From Candidatus Bathyarchaeia archaeon (GTDB taxonomy: Archaea; Thermoproteota; Bathyarchaeia; Bathyarchaeales; Bathycorpusculaceae), in assembly GCA_049512935.1 (NCBI GenBank), contig JBEKWR010000009.1, positions 28,036 through 92,035 of the forward strand: a stretch of 64,000 nucleotides of DNA, written 5' to 3'. A model generated the notes under the pieces. The model did not search any database, was not told the origin of the DNA, and saw only the letters and a list, made by a program, of their open reading frames with translations. The position numbers and the translations under genes are program-made. This document shows positions 28,260 through 38,528 of this stretch, one piece after another (positions within the stretch are counted from its first letter, which is position 1; each line of letters starts with the position of its first letter).

Positions 28260-30113
28260 TTGTGCGAGCCATTTATATCCGAGCGCTATGTGCAGTGGAT
28301 ATTCGAGAAGGATAAGAACAACGTGAAGTCCCCTGGCGCTTCTCGCGAGTTTGGTTATCTCCGAAAATGGGTTCCGATCGCTATTTTGATAGGCATAGTC
28401 TGCGGAGTGGGCAGCATTGTTTTCTACGAAGCAATTCGGCTTGCAAGCGCTGTCCTTCTTGGCGGTATAGCTGGTTTTTTTGCTCCCACGCCAGCAGGAG
28501 AAGGCGGAAGCTTAGGAGTAGCCGCTTCTCGTCTCTACTTGATTCCGTTGGTAACTACTATTGGAGGACTTTGCAGTGGCATACTCGTCTACGGCTTAGC
28601 ACCAGAAGCTGAGGGACATGGAACTGACGCGGCAATAGATGCTTTTCACAACAAAAAAGGTGACATTCGATCCAGAATACCTATAGTCAAAGTTGTGGCC
28701 TCAGCAATAACGATTGGCTCCGGAGGAAGTGCAGGCAGGGAGGGCCCGACAGCACAGATGGGGGCAGGCTTCGGCTCCTTCCTGAGCAAAAGATTCAAGC
28801 TCAGCGCACATGACAGAAGAATCGCCGTTGCAGTCGGCATAGGCGCAGGAATTGGCTCCATTTTCAAGGCTCCCTTTGGAGGAGCCATAATGAGCGCTGA
28901 GATTCTGTACATGGGCGATTTTGAAGTGGAGACATTGCTACCAGCTTTCATTGCTTCTACCGTAGGCTACAGTATATTTGCTTCATATGTTGGATGGACG
29001 CCAATATTTGGCAACATGAATCTGGGTGCTTTCAACAACCCAATTGTTCTTCCCTTTTACGCTGTCTTGGGTATAATCTGCGGCTTAGTCGGCATTGTTT
29101 ACGTCAAAGGGTTCTACGGTACGCGGGCGCTTTTTCAGCGTCTAAGAATTCCGCGTTTCTTAAAGCCGGCGCTCGGCGGACTCTTAGTGGGTATCATTGG
29201 AATGTTTCTTCCGCAAATTCTCGGCATGGGTTATGGTTGGCTTCAGATAGCGATGAGCGGCAACTTTGTCTTACTACCTATAATTTTGATTCCAGTAATT
29301 ATCGTAGCTAAAATAGTGGCGACGTCTCTTACGGTGGGTTCAGGAGGAAGCGGAGGAGTTTTCGCGCCAGCCTTGGTGATAGGCGGCTTTTTAGGAGCAA
29401 CACTCTGGATATTCCTAAACGGGCTTTTCCCGAATTTCGGGTTTGTCATCGCCGCATTTGTTATAGTGGGGATGATGGCGTTTTTCGGAGGCGTAGGCAA
29501 GGTGCCTGTTGCAGTCATAATCATGGTTAGCGAAATGACTGGAGGATTAACTCTGCTGGTTCCCTCAATGATAGCAACTGCTATTGCCTACGTAATCACA
29601 GGAAAGAATACTATCTATAGAAGCCAGGTTGAATCAAGGTCTGATTCGCCAGCCCACAGAAGTGAATACTCTACTCCTCTAATGCAGAAGCTCTTTGTCA
29701 AGGATGCAATGACCAAAAAAGTCATCACAACTACCCCTAACTCACCGCTCTCAGAGGTCGCTGAGGTAATGGCAAAGAACACAATAAAAGGTACGCCCGT
29801 CTTGGATGATAACGGTAGGCTGGTGGGTATGGTTACACTTACGGATGTTCTTAAGATTAATCCAGAGCAGAGAGCCACGACAAGGGTAAGCTCCGTAATG
29901 ACAAAAGAGTTGGTCACAACGATTCCTGATGAAAGTCTTTATACTGCTTTTGGAAAGATGACGAGTAACCAGATTGGGCGCCTGCCGGTTGTTGAGCCAG
30001 GGGACAGCACAAAGCTGATAGGCATAATAGCGCGTGATGATGTCTGGCGAGTCTACAACATAGAGATTATGTCAGAACTGGAAGAGGTTAAACTTTCAGG
30101 AAGCGTCAAATAA
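28260..30113 (+). CDS. ClC chloride channel / Cl-/H+ antiporter with CBS pair (start possibly GTG at 28323)
   Basis: GHGTD, GREGP (gating Glu), GGVFAP, C-terminal CBS domains. Confidence 0.93.
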   Translation: MCEPFISERYVQWIFEKDKNNVKSPGASREFGYLRKWVPIAILIGIVCGVGSIVFYEAIRLASAVLLGGIAGFFAPTPAGEGGSLGVAASRLYLIPLVTTIGGLCSGILVYGLAPEAEGHGTDAAIDAFHNKKGDIRSRIPIVKVVASAITIGSGGSAGREGPTAQMGAGFGSFLSKRFKLSAHDRRIAVAVGIGAGIGSIFKAPFGGAIMSAEILYMGDFEVETLLPAFIASTVGYSIFASYVGWTPIFGNMNLGAFNNPIVLPFYAVLGIICGLVGIVYVKGFYGTRALFQRLRIPRFLKPALGGLLVGIIGMFLPQILGMGYGWLQIAMSGNFVLLPIILIPVIIVAKIVATSLTVGSGGSGGVFAPALVIGGFLGATLWIFLNGLFPNFGFVIAAFVIVGMMAFFGGVGKVPVAVIIMVSEMTGGLTLLVPSMIATAIAYVITGKNTIYRSQVESRSDSPAHRSEYSTPLMQKLFVKDAMTKKVITTTPNSPLSEVAEVMAKNTIKGTPVLDDNGRLVGMVTLTDVLKINPEQRATTRVSSVMTKELVTTIPDESLYTAFGKMTSNQIGRLPVVEPGDSTKLIGIIARDDVWRVYNIEIMSELEEVKLSGSVK

Positions 30114-30197
30114 AATAGCGAAAGAAAGTTCTGAACAGAAAAATAGGCGCATATGACTAGCCTAAAATTGGCAGTTGCCAAAAAGGGCGCTAAATTC

Positions 30198-32759
30198 TTA
30201 TTTTGCCCTTTCTGCAGATGATAAGCCTTTAGCTCTCTTCATTTTTAGGGCTGGAAGATTTTTTAAATTTTTGAGAAAAGATTGTTTAACATGAGAAAAT
30301 GTAGACGAATCAACGTGAGGTTGTTGTCTTTCAGATATAACTTCCGCGTGACCCATTAATCTGAAGAAGTGAATCTTCAGCTGGTCGGTTATCAGGAAAC
30401 TGAGCAATGCATAACCCCAGACGAAGGCGGCGAATCCCCACCCAATCGGATTCATAAATACACCGAAGACAGCAAACAACGTGCCAACAACTTGAGTCCC
30501 CTCTGTGGCTACAAAGAGAATACTGGCTGGAAGGGGGCGTTTCCAGAAGTGTCGCACTCCAGTTCTCGCCAAATAAATCGTGAGGTGCCCCGCAACAGCC
30601 ATTTTAAGGAAAATCAGCGTCTGCAGCGTACTAACGCTTAAGTGGAACACATCTAAGCCAATTAATAAGAGCAAAAAGCTTGAAACGACACCTGTCGTAC
30701 CAAGCAGAGAAGCCACCATCAATACGCCACGCATGTTCCAGCGAACCGGTTTCTCTTGCACCCGTACATTATCGTATGCAATGGTCATGATGGGTATGTC
30801 ATTAAGCAATGCAAGAATGACTATCATAACAGCCGTCACCGGATAGAAATTGAAGACAAGAATTGCAAGACTAATGAAAATTAACACCCGGGAAGTCTCG
30901 GCGATGCGGTAGACGGCGTAATTGGTCATGCGTTCGAAAATCTTGCGGCTCTCTTTTATCGCGTCGATGATGACGGAAAGCCCTGGCTTCGTTAGCACCA
31001 CATCCGCTGCGGATTTAGCTGCGTCAGTTGCTCCGTCAACGGCAACCCCTGCATCCGCTTTCTTTAATGCAGGAGCATCGTTAACTCCATCGCCTGTCAT
31101 GCCGACAATGTGCCCTTTTCCCTGAAGTAACTCAACAATACGATATTTGTGCTCAGGAAAAACTTGAGCAAAACCATCCGCATTTTCAATGATGTCTTTT
31201 GCTTCGCTGTCTGGTTTGTCTATGAAATCGGAAGCAGGTATTATGTTTGTGCCCAGATTAACTTCTTGAGCAACCTGCTTGGCTATTGCAATGTGGTCGC
31301 CAGTGACCATCTTGACGTTTATGCCCATCTGCTGGGCTGTTTTTATTGTCTGGGCCGAGTCTTCGCGGGGTGGGTCGTAAATTGCTAGCAGTCCAACAAA
31401 TTGCCAGTTGCCCTTTTCGTCTCCCTTAATCACGCCTAACGCTCGATGACCCTTGATTGCGAAAGTGTTTACAATTTCGTTAACTCTATCTTCGATTTCT
31501 GTCTTGTTAGAAACAAGAGACAAAACAACTTGCGGCGCACCCTTGGCCACTTTGAAGCGCCCACCATCACGGCTCTCCACGGTAGCTTCCGTTCTCTTCA
31601 AAATAGGGTCAAAGGGCTTAAAATCAACCACGCTGTATCGACCAAGAACGTCAGCAACCGCTTTTACCGACTTGGCTTTGGTTATGACAGCATCATCAAT
31701 GGGATCACGATTTTCTTCCCTAGAAGCCAATGTTCCATACAGGAGAGCGTCGTCGATTTCGAATTTGCCCAAGACTTGCACTTCTGCAATAGCGAGTTCA
31801 TTCTTCGTTATCGTGCCTGTCTTGTCTGAGCATAACACATCAACTCCCGCCATTTCTTCAATTGAAACCAGCTTGCTTACGATTGCTTCCTTTTTGGCAA
31901 GGGCGATTGCCCCAACAGCCATTGTGACTGTTAAGACTGCTGGCAAAGCTACAGGTATCGAAGCTACAACCAACACGAGTGCATACTGCATGATAATTAA
32001 TGGGTTGACATGCCGAAGGAGCGATGCGATGACAACTGCGGAAACCATTATTGTCGCGAGGATGATCAGGTAGTTTCCTATTCTTATGATGGCTTTTTGG
32101 AAGTGGCTTACGGTTCTGGCTTCTGCCACGAGTTTGGCGGTTTTGCCAAAGAAGCTGCTTGTTCCTGTTGCCACGACATAAGCATCCATTTCCCCTTGCC
32201 TAATGATAGCGCCTGCATAAGCTACGTCAGAAACGTGTTTCTCTACCGGTAGGGATTCCCCAGTTAACGCGGATTCGTCCGCGAGCAAATAGTCGCCTTT
32301 CATAAGTTTAACATCAGCGGGGACAATGTCTCCCAAGCGGATCCGTACGATGTCGCCTGGGACAAGTTCCTTTGAAGGTATCTCACGCCATGCCCCGTCT
32401 CTTAGAACTCGGGCTTTGGGGGCAAGCCGCTTTTTCAATAATTCTATGGCGTTGTCGGCTTTCCGTTCTTGCAAAAATCCCACTACGGCGTTCACAATTA
32501 GTAACGTGAAAATAATCGCAAAATCGTCATAGTGCTGTATAATTATAGACAGTACTGAGGCAATTTCTATCATCCAAGGGATGGGACCCCAGAAATAGCC
32601 CACAAACTTGCGAAAAGGGCTAACTTTCTTTTCAGGAATTTCGTTAGGACCATACTCTTGAAGCTTTTTCGCTACTTCTTCAGAAGAAAGCCCAGACTTG
32701 ACATAGATTGAAAATGGCGCTTCTTCTCCAGTTGGTTTTTTGGATTCTTCAGATTCCAG
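30198..32759 (-). CDS. P-type plasma-membrane H+-ATPase, copy 1 (probable CTG start at 32759)
   Basis: DKTGT, TGES, KGAP, GDGVNDAPALKKA, LLND; N-terminal GLSSEEV..YGPNEI motif lies upstream of the ORF-track start. Confidence 0.92.
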   Translation of the reverse strand: MESEESKKPTGEEAPFSIYVKSGLSSEEVAKKLQEYGPNEIPEKKVSPFRKFVGYFWGPIPWMIEIASVLSIIIQHYDDFAIIFTLLIVNAVVGFLQERKADNAIELLKKRLAPKARVLRDGAWREIPSKELVPGDIVRIRLGDIVPADVKLMKGDYLLADESALTGESLPVEKHVSDVAYAGAIIRQGEMDAYVVATGTSSFFGKTAKLVAEARTVSHFQKAIIRIGNYLIILATIMVSAVVIASLLRHVNPLIIMQYALVLVVASIPVALPAVLTVTMAVGAIALAKKEAIVSKLVSIEEMAGVDVLCSDKTGTITKNELAIAEVQVLGKFEIDDALLYGTLASREENRDPIDDAVITKAKSVKAVADVLGRYSVVDFKPFDPILKRTEATVESRDGGRFKVAKGAPQVVLSLVSNKTEIEDRVNEIVNTFAIKGHRALGVIKGDEKGNWQFVGLLAIYDPPREDSAQTIKTAQQMGINVKMVTGDHIAIAKQVAQEVNLGTNIIPASDFIDKPDSEAKDIIENADGFAQVFPEHKYRIVELLQGKGHIVGMTGDGVNDAPALKKADAGVAVDGATDAAKSAADVVLTKPGLSVIIDAIKESRKIFERMTNYAVYRIAETSRVLIFISLAILVFNFYPVTAVMIVILALLNDIPIMTIAYDNVRVQEKPVRWNMRGVLMVASLLGTTGVVSSFLLLLIGLDVFHLSVSTLQTLIFLKMAVAGHLTIYLARTGVRHFWKRPLPASILFVATEGTQVVGTLFAVFGVFMNPIGWGFAAFVWGYALLSFLITDQLKIHFFRLMGHAEVISERQQPHVDSSTFSHVKQSFLKNLKNLPALKMKRAKGLSSAERAK

Positions 32760-32968
32760 TTACAAAACCTTCTATACTGCCTACCGAACAGGTATTTTTT
32801 AACCGAATAAGCAAGCATCAAGATATTTGTTTCTTTTTAATGTTTTTGAAATGATGCACAAGGAAACATTATGTTTGAGAGTCCTTATCGGGAAATAAAC
32901 ATATTTGGCAAGGCGTAAGCCTAATTATTGGCGAACGCCATCTGCTAACAGCGAAGAGGCTGAATTCT

Positions 32969-34741
32969 ATGTCTGTAAAAGATCCTGTTTGCGGAATACT
33001 GTTAGACCCTAAGAAAACCCCTTTTAAAACCCAGTTTCTGGGCAGCCAATATTATTTTGACAGCGAGTACTGCATGAACAGTTTTGTTGAAGGCGCCAAA
33101 ATCGCCTACTTTTCCATGGAAATCGGCGTCAACAACGATATGTCAACTTACAGCGGAGGGCTTGGCGTCTTAGCTGGAGACGTCATAAGGTCAAGCGCAG
33201 ACTTGAGAATCCCCTTAGTTGCGATCACGTTAGTCAGCGAAAAAGGCTACTTGAAGCAGAAACTAACGCTTGACGGATGGCAACTTGAATACCCCGATGA
33301 GTGGGATCCTTCCAAATTCATGAAGCTTCTGCCGCAGACAGTTTCAGTCAAGATTTCTGGGAAGAACGTGAAGATAGGCGCCTGGGTTTATGAGCAGCAG
33401 AGTTTGACGGGCGGAACAATCCCTGTGTTTTTCCTCACAACCGATTTTGAGGACAACAGCCAAGAGGACAGGCAAATCACCGATTATCTTTACGGCGGGG
33501 ACGACCAGTACAGGCTAAAGCAGGAAATTGTCTTGGGCATAGGGGGAGTTCGGATTCTTGACGCCTTGGGAATCAACGTTAAGAAGTACCACATGAACGA
33601 GGGGCACTCTAGCCTCCTAACTCTTGAACTTCTGAAAAACAACCAGCTAAACGCTGACAAAGTGAAAAACCTATGTGTTTTCACAACCCACACACCCGTA
33701 GCAGCAGCTTTCGACCAGTTTTCCTATGACCTTCTCTCGGAAGTGTTGGAAACCGAAGTTTCTCCGGAAATCCTTCAGAAGTACGGCGGAGAAGACAAGC
33801 TGAACATGACCCTCTTAGCCTTGAACCTGAGCAAGTATACTAACGGCGTCACAGAGGCGCACATGGAGTATTCAAATAAGCTTTTCCCAGGGTACCACAT
33901 TCAAGAAATAACCAACGGAGTCCACTCTTACACTTGGACCTGCACGCACTTTAGAAGGTTGTTCGACAAGCACATTCCCAGGTGGGCTAACGAGCCTGAA
34001 CTTCTCGTGAGAGTCGACACCATACCCGAAGAGGAGCTCTGGGAGGCTCACACTAACGCAAAGAAAGACTTGCTCGACTTTGTGTACAACAGTGCAGGGC
34101 TCCAGATGGACCCCGACGTTTTAACGATAGGTTATGCCAGGAGAGCAACCGCGTACAAACGAGCCACAATGATCTTCACGGACATAGAAAAACTCAAGGA
34201 AGTCAAGAGCGAGGGAAGAATTCAATTAATTTTCGCTGGAAAAGCACATCCAAAGGATGAAGAGGGGAAAAAACTGATAAAAGAAATTTACGAGTTCACC
34301 GACCGATTGAAAGGCGAGGTAGACATCGTCTATCTTGAAAACTACAACATGGAGATGGCGGGAAAACTGACTTCAGGCGTTGATGTTTGGCTCAACACGC
34401 CTCTGCCACCCTACGAGGCTTCTGGAACAAGCGGGATGAAGGCGGCGCACAACGGCGTAATCAACTTTAGCGTTTTGGACGGATGGTGGATAGAGGGTTG
34501 CGTGGAGGGGCTAACTGGATGGGCGATAGGACCAACGCCGAATCAATGGCTTGACGAGCAAATGACAAGAAAAAGGGAAATAGATGACCTCTACAACAAG
34601 CTGGAATACCTGATTATCCCGAAATTCTACCATGAGAGGGACTCTTGGACGCGCATGATGAGAAACTCCATCGGAAAAATTGCTTACTACTTCAACACTC
34701 ATCGGATGATGCGAAGTTACGCAACCGACGCGTACCTTTAA
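32969..34741 (+). CDS. glgP: Alpha-glucan phosphorylase with N-terminal YHS domain
   Basis: DPVCG..YYFDSEYC N-terminus; YSGGLG, HMNEGH, RRATAYKR, EASGTSGMK. Confidence 0.92.
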   Translation: MSVKDPVCGILLDPKKTPFKTQFLGSQYYFDSEYCMNSFVEGAKIAYFSMEIGVNNDMSTYSGGLGVLAGDVIRSSADLRIPLVAITLVSEKGYLKQKLTLDGWQLEYPDEWDPSKFMKLLPQTVSVKISGKNVKIGAWVYEQQSLTGGTIPVFFLTTDFEDNSQEDRQITDYLYGGDDQYRLKQEIVLGIGGVRILDALGINVKKYHMNEGHSSLLTLELLKNNQLNADKVKNLCVFTTHTPVAAAFDQFSYDLLSEVLETEVSPEILQKYGGEDKLNMTLLALNLSKYTNGVTEAHMEYSNKLFPGYHIQEITNGVHSYTWTCTHFRRLFDKHIPRWANEPELLVRVDTIPEEELWEAHTNAKKDLLDFVYNSAGLQMDPDVLTIGYARRATAYKRATMIFTDIEKLKEVKSEGRIQLIFAGKAHPKDEEGKKLIKEIYEFTDRLKGEVDIVYLENYNMEMAGKLTSGVDVWLNTPLPPYEASGTSGMKAAHNGVINFSVLDGWWIEGCVEGLTGWAIGPTPNQWLDEQMTRKREIDDLYNKLEYLIIPKFYHERDSWTRMMRNSIGKIAYYFNTHRMMRSYATDAYL

Positions 34742-34782
34742 CTGGAAAATGCACATTGAATGTTTGGGATGACTCTAAGGTT

Positions 34783-34896
34783 ATGTCGGCTCCAAATTGT
34801 CCCTGCCCAAAAAAAGATTGCCCACGCCACAGCAACTGTCAAGAATGCGTAGACCACCACAAGGCAAAGAACGAACTGCCGTTTTGCGCAAGGTAA
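34783..34896 (+). CDS. 37-aa Cys/His-rich metal-binding peptide
   Basis: MSAPNCPCPKKDCPRHSNCQECVDHHKAKNELPFCAR; paralog at 40627. Confidence 0.75.
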   Translation: MSAPNCPCPKKDCPRHSNCQECVDHHKAKNELPFCAR

Positions 34897-34901
34897 GCTC
34901 C

Positions 34902-35411
34902 ATTGATCAAGGAATCAGAAGAAACCCGGAAAAAAGGCAAAAAATACAAGAGTCCTTCTGGAACCAAGTTGGTTCTGCCGAACACATCAACTTGCCGAAG
35001 CTGGAAGACGCGTTCAAAAATGTAATCCAGCACGTAAAGATGCAGAAGGAAATTCCGGAGAATGGGCTTGCGATATTTGCTGGAACCTTCGTCGCAAACG
35101 AATCGGAAAACGAAGTTTTACCGTCGAGGAGCTCACCCCACCAGAGCCAAGTACCACCTATCTCTACGAGGTTGACGACCATTTCCATTTAGAGCTGCTA
35201 AGGGAAATGCTGAGAAACCAAAAAGTTGTGGGAATCATCGCCATGGATTCAAAATACGCTAGCTTCGGGAATACCCAACGGTGAACGCCTCGAATTACTC
35301 GAAAAAATCACGTCAGGGATTCCAGGAAAAACCGTAAAGGGCGGACAGAGCCAAAGAAGATACTAAAGAGGACGCGACATGGAAGTCACATACTTTTTCC
35401 ACAGGATCGCG
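34902..35411 (+). pseudogene. Chimeric pseudogene: 5' part of the 40747 paralog fused to a peptide chain release factor aRF1 fragment
   Basis: FWNQVG..HINLPKLEDA then IPENGLAIFAG, PPEP..YLYEVDDHFHLE, SGIPGK..KGGQSQRRY*; frameshifts near 35120 and 35270, stop at 35364. Confidence 0.85.
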
Positions 35412-35575
35412 AGAACTTTTCCGGGCATTTTATCTTGGGAGCATTTAGTTTGAAACAGCGACACTTTTGACGAACTAGAGCAACTCTTCCACGCTTGAGC
35501 AGTAAGTTAAAATATGCGATTGGCGGCAACGCATTAATAGTTTATTTGATTAATGTTTTTGGGTTCGGTGTTTGT

Positions 35576-35896
35576 ATGTCGTCAGAATTGAAGGTTATGT
35601 TGATTAAGGTCGCCGTAGAAGATAACGTGCGCAAAGAAATAGAATTTGAGGAAGGGATAAACCGTTATAAATCTCTTCTGCTCCGGGTGGCAAAAATTCA
35701 GCCCTTTGATGTACTGGTTTCGTCTGAAGGAACTGAACAGGGCACTTTGAACATAAGGGTGGTAGATTTGGACGTGCTAGAAAGAGCCCACTTATTAAAA
35801 GGACAAACCAAAGAGACTGGTCGCAACGTGTACCGTCAATACGAACTCACAAAAGAAGGAGCTGAATTAGTGGAAAAGCTCTCAAAAGAAACTTAA
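35576..35896 (+). CDS. Hypothetical winged-helix-like protein
   Basis: C-terminal LDVLERAHLL..YELTKEG wing motif. Confidence 0.65.
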   Translation: MSSELKVMLIKVAVEDNVRKEIEFEEGINRYKSLLLRVAKIQPFDVLVSSEGTEQGTLNIRVVDLDVLERAHLLKGQTKETGRNVYRQYELTKEGAELVEKLSKET

Positions 35897-36015
35897 AATT
35901 CAGGGGCTAGCGCGCCGCGCCCTAATTGATTTTCTCTGCTGAATTAATCTTTAAATTTCTTTTTTTCGCCTACTATCGCGGGTCCTATTGGACTGCCTTC
36001 ACGGAATAGGCCTCA

Positions 36016-38463
36016 TCACCTTTTGAATACAATCCCTGTGTGGTCTAGTAGCTTGTATAGGCGCACTTTTGCAAAATCAGTGATGAAGAAAAATGTAAAT
36101 GCGTAGCCCCACACGAGAGCGGCTAGGCCCCAGCCCATTGCGGGAAGCAGAATACCGTATACAGTGATTATTATAGCGGTAGATTGAACTGCTATGGATG
36201 CAAAGAGAAGCTGCTTTGCAGGTTTCACAGACCAAAAATGACCCCTAGTTCTGGCGACAAACACAGTCATATTTCCAGCCACTGCGAGCTTCAGGTATAT
36301 GAAAGACTGAAGTACAAGCAGGTTTAGTTTCAGCACGTCTAATCCGATGTAGAGAATTCCAAAAGTCGAGAACACCCCGATTATTCCAAGAAACGTCGCC
36401 ATACTCAACAGAGTTCGCATGTCCCATTTCTCAGGTTTATCCGAGTATTTCACGTTATCATAAGCTATTGTCATAATTGGCAGGTCGTTTAGAAGCGCCA
36501 ACAAAACTAGCATCAGAGCAGTAATTGGGAAAAAATTGAAAATAACGATCGATGCAGTTAGGAAAAGCAGAATTCGTATCGTTTCAGCGATGCGGTACGT
36601 GCAATAATTCGTCATTCGCTGGAAAATCTTTCGGCTTTCCTTAATTGCATCGATAATAACCGAGAGACCCGGCTTGGTCAAAACTATTGCTGCTGCGGAC
36701 TTGGCAGCGTCGGTGGCGCCCTCAACAGCAATCCCAGCGTTAGCTTTCTTCAAAGCGGGCGCGTCATTAACTCCGTCGCCTGTCATTCCCACAATGTGCC
36801 CTTTTTCTTGGAGAAGCTCCACAATTCTGTACTTATGTTCAGGGAAGACTTCTGCAAAACCTTGTGCCTCTTCAACTATGCCTTGGGCCTGGCTGTCAGA
36901 TTTATCCAAAAAAGCCGCTGGCAATACTATGTCGTTTCCAAGGTTTACTTGGCTCGAAATTTCCTTTGCAATGGCTATGTGGTCCCCGGTGACCATTTTC
37001 ACATTAACACCCATCGATTGAGCCGTTTTTATTGTTTGGGCTGAATCTTCCCTGGGCGGATCAAACAGACCAATTAAACCCGCAAACTGCCACTTATTCT
37101 CCTTATCAGTTCGCGCCACACCCAACGCACGGTACCCTTTCTTAGCGAATTCATTAACATCCTCTGTCAATTTGTCGTTGATTGACTTCTTGTCTTCGAT
37201 TAACGCCAAAATCGCTTGAGGAGCACCTTTAGTAACCTTAAACTGGCTCCCATCGTCTCCTTGCACTGTTGCCTCCGTTCTCTTTATGACTGGATCAAAG
37301 GGCTTAAAACTGGACACTTTGACGTGTTCAATTCTATCAGAAATAGCGGGTGTGCTCTTGGTTTTAGTTAAAATTGCAAGGTCGATTGGATCTTGATCTT
37401 CTTCTCTTGAAGCGAGTGCACTAAAAAATAGTACGTCGTTTTCATTGAATTCGGCATAAGGTTTCGTTCCTCCCAAGGTGAGCGCGTTCTTGGTGATAGT
37501 GCCAGTTTTGTCTGAGCAGAGCACATCCATACTTGCCATTTCTTCAATTGCGACCAATTTGCTAACGATCGCTTCTTTTCTTGCGAGAGCTATGGCGCCT
37601 ACAGCCATGGTAACTGATAGGACCGCGGGAAGTGCAGCAGGTATCCCAGCAACAGTTAGAATCAATGCGAACTGAATGATGCCCAAGATGTTTTGACCTC
37701 GAAAAATCGAGACCAGAACGATTATTATTACGAGTCCTATTGCTAGGAAAATCAGGTAATCGCCTATTTTGCTGATGGCTTTTTGGAAGTGGCTTGGGGT
37801 TTGGGCTTGCTCTACGAGTTTAGCAGTTTTGCCGAAAAATGTTTTGGCGGCGGTATTGACAACAAGCGCGTTCATTTCGCCTTGTTTGACGATGGAGGAG
37901 GCGTATCCAATATCGGAGACATGCTTCTCAACAGGGAGAGATTCGCCGGTTAATGCGGATTCGTCAGTTAAAAGGTAGTCTCCATCAAGTAGTTTTACGT
38001 CAGCGGGGATGATGTCTCCTAACCGCAGTCGAACAATGTCGCCTGGCACAAGTTTTTCAGCCGGTATTCCCTGCCATTTGCCATCTCGCAGAACCCGCGC
38101 TTTTAAGGCAAGTCTTTTCTTTAACAATTCTATGGCGTTTCCTGCTTTGCGTTCCTGCCAAGATCCTACTATGGCGTTTACCAATAACAAAGCTAAAATT
38201 ATTGCAAAATCAGGCCACCGCTGTATGACGGCAGACATTATTACTGCTGCCTCAATCATCCATGGAATTGGACCCCAAAAATAGTGAAGGAACTTTAGTA
38301 GCGGGTTAACTTTTTTCTCTTGAATTTCATTAGGACCATATTGCTGAAGTCGTTTTTCCGCTTCTGAGGAAGAAAGACCATTCTGATTTGCTGCTAGCTT
38401 CTTTAGTAATTCATCACTATCAGCTTTTTTTGCCTCTTCAGTAGTTAAAGAGTTTTGGTCCAT
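36016..38463 (-). CDS. P-type plasma-membrane H+-ATPase, copy 2
   Basis: FWGPIPWMIE, DKTGT, GDGVNDAPALKKA, LLND. Confidence 0.95.
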   Translation of the reverse strand: MDQNSLTTEEAKKADSDELLKKLAANQNGLSSSEAEKRLQQYGPNEIQEKKVNPLLKFLHYFWGPIPWMIEAAVIMSAVIQRWPDFAIILALLLVNAIVGSWQERKAGNAIELLKKRLALKARVLRDGKWQGIPAEKLVPGDIVRLRLGDIIPADVKLLDGDYLLTDESALTGESLPVEKHVSDIGYASSIVKQGEMNALVVNTAAKTFFGKTAKLVEQAQTPSHFQKAISKIGDYLIFLAIGLVIIIVLVSIFRGQNILGIIQFALILTVAGIPAALPAVLSVTMAVGAIALARKEAIVSKLVAIEEMASMDVLCSDKTGTITKNALTLGGTKPYAEFNENDVLFFSALASREEDQDPIDLAILTKTKSTPAISDRIEHVKVSSFKPFDPVIKRTEATVQGDDGSQFKVTKGAPQAILALIEDKKSINDKLTEDVNEFAKKGYRALGVARTDKENKWQFAGLIGLFDPPREDSAQTIKTAQSMGVNVKMVTGDHIAIAKEISSQVNLGNDIVLPAAFLDKSDSQAQGIVEEAQGFAEVFPEHKYRIVELLQEKGHIVGMTGDGVNDAPALKKANAGIAVEGATDAAKSAAAIVLTKPGLSVIIDAIKESRKIFQRMTNYCTYRIAETIRILLFLTASIVIFNFFPITALMLVLLALLNDLPIMTIAYDNVKYSDKPEKWDMRTLLSMATFLGIIGVFSTFGILYIGLDVLKLNLLVLQSFIYLKLAVAGNMTVFVARTRGHFWSVKPAKQLLFASIAVQSTAIIITVYGILLPAMGWGLAALVWGYAFTFFFITDFAKVRLYKLLDHTGIVFKR

Positions 38464-38528
38464 ACTTTAGTTTGCCTCTCACAAATCCAAGAGCCCTTAA
38501 TATTTCAAGGCTACGTCAAAGATATTGA

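Noticed and set aside
28112-28320. Fluoride riboswitch upstream of ClC
   Set aside because: No GGCGATGG..TAATGA-type consensus; the ClC lacks the GNN fluoride signature
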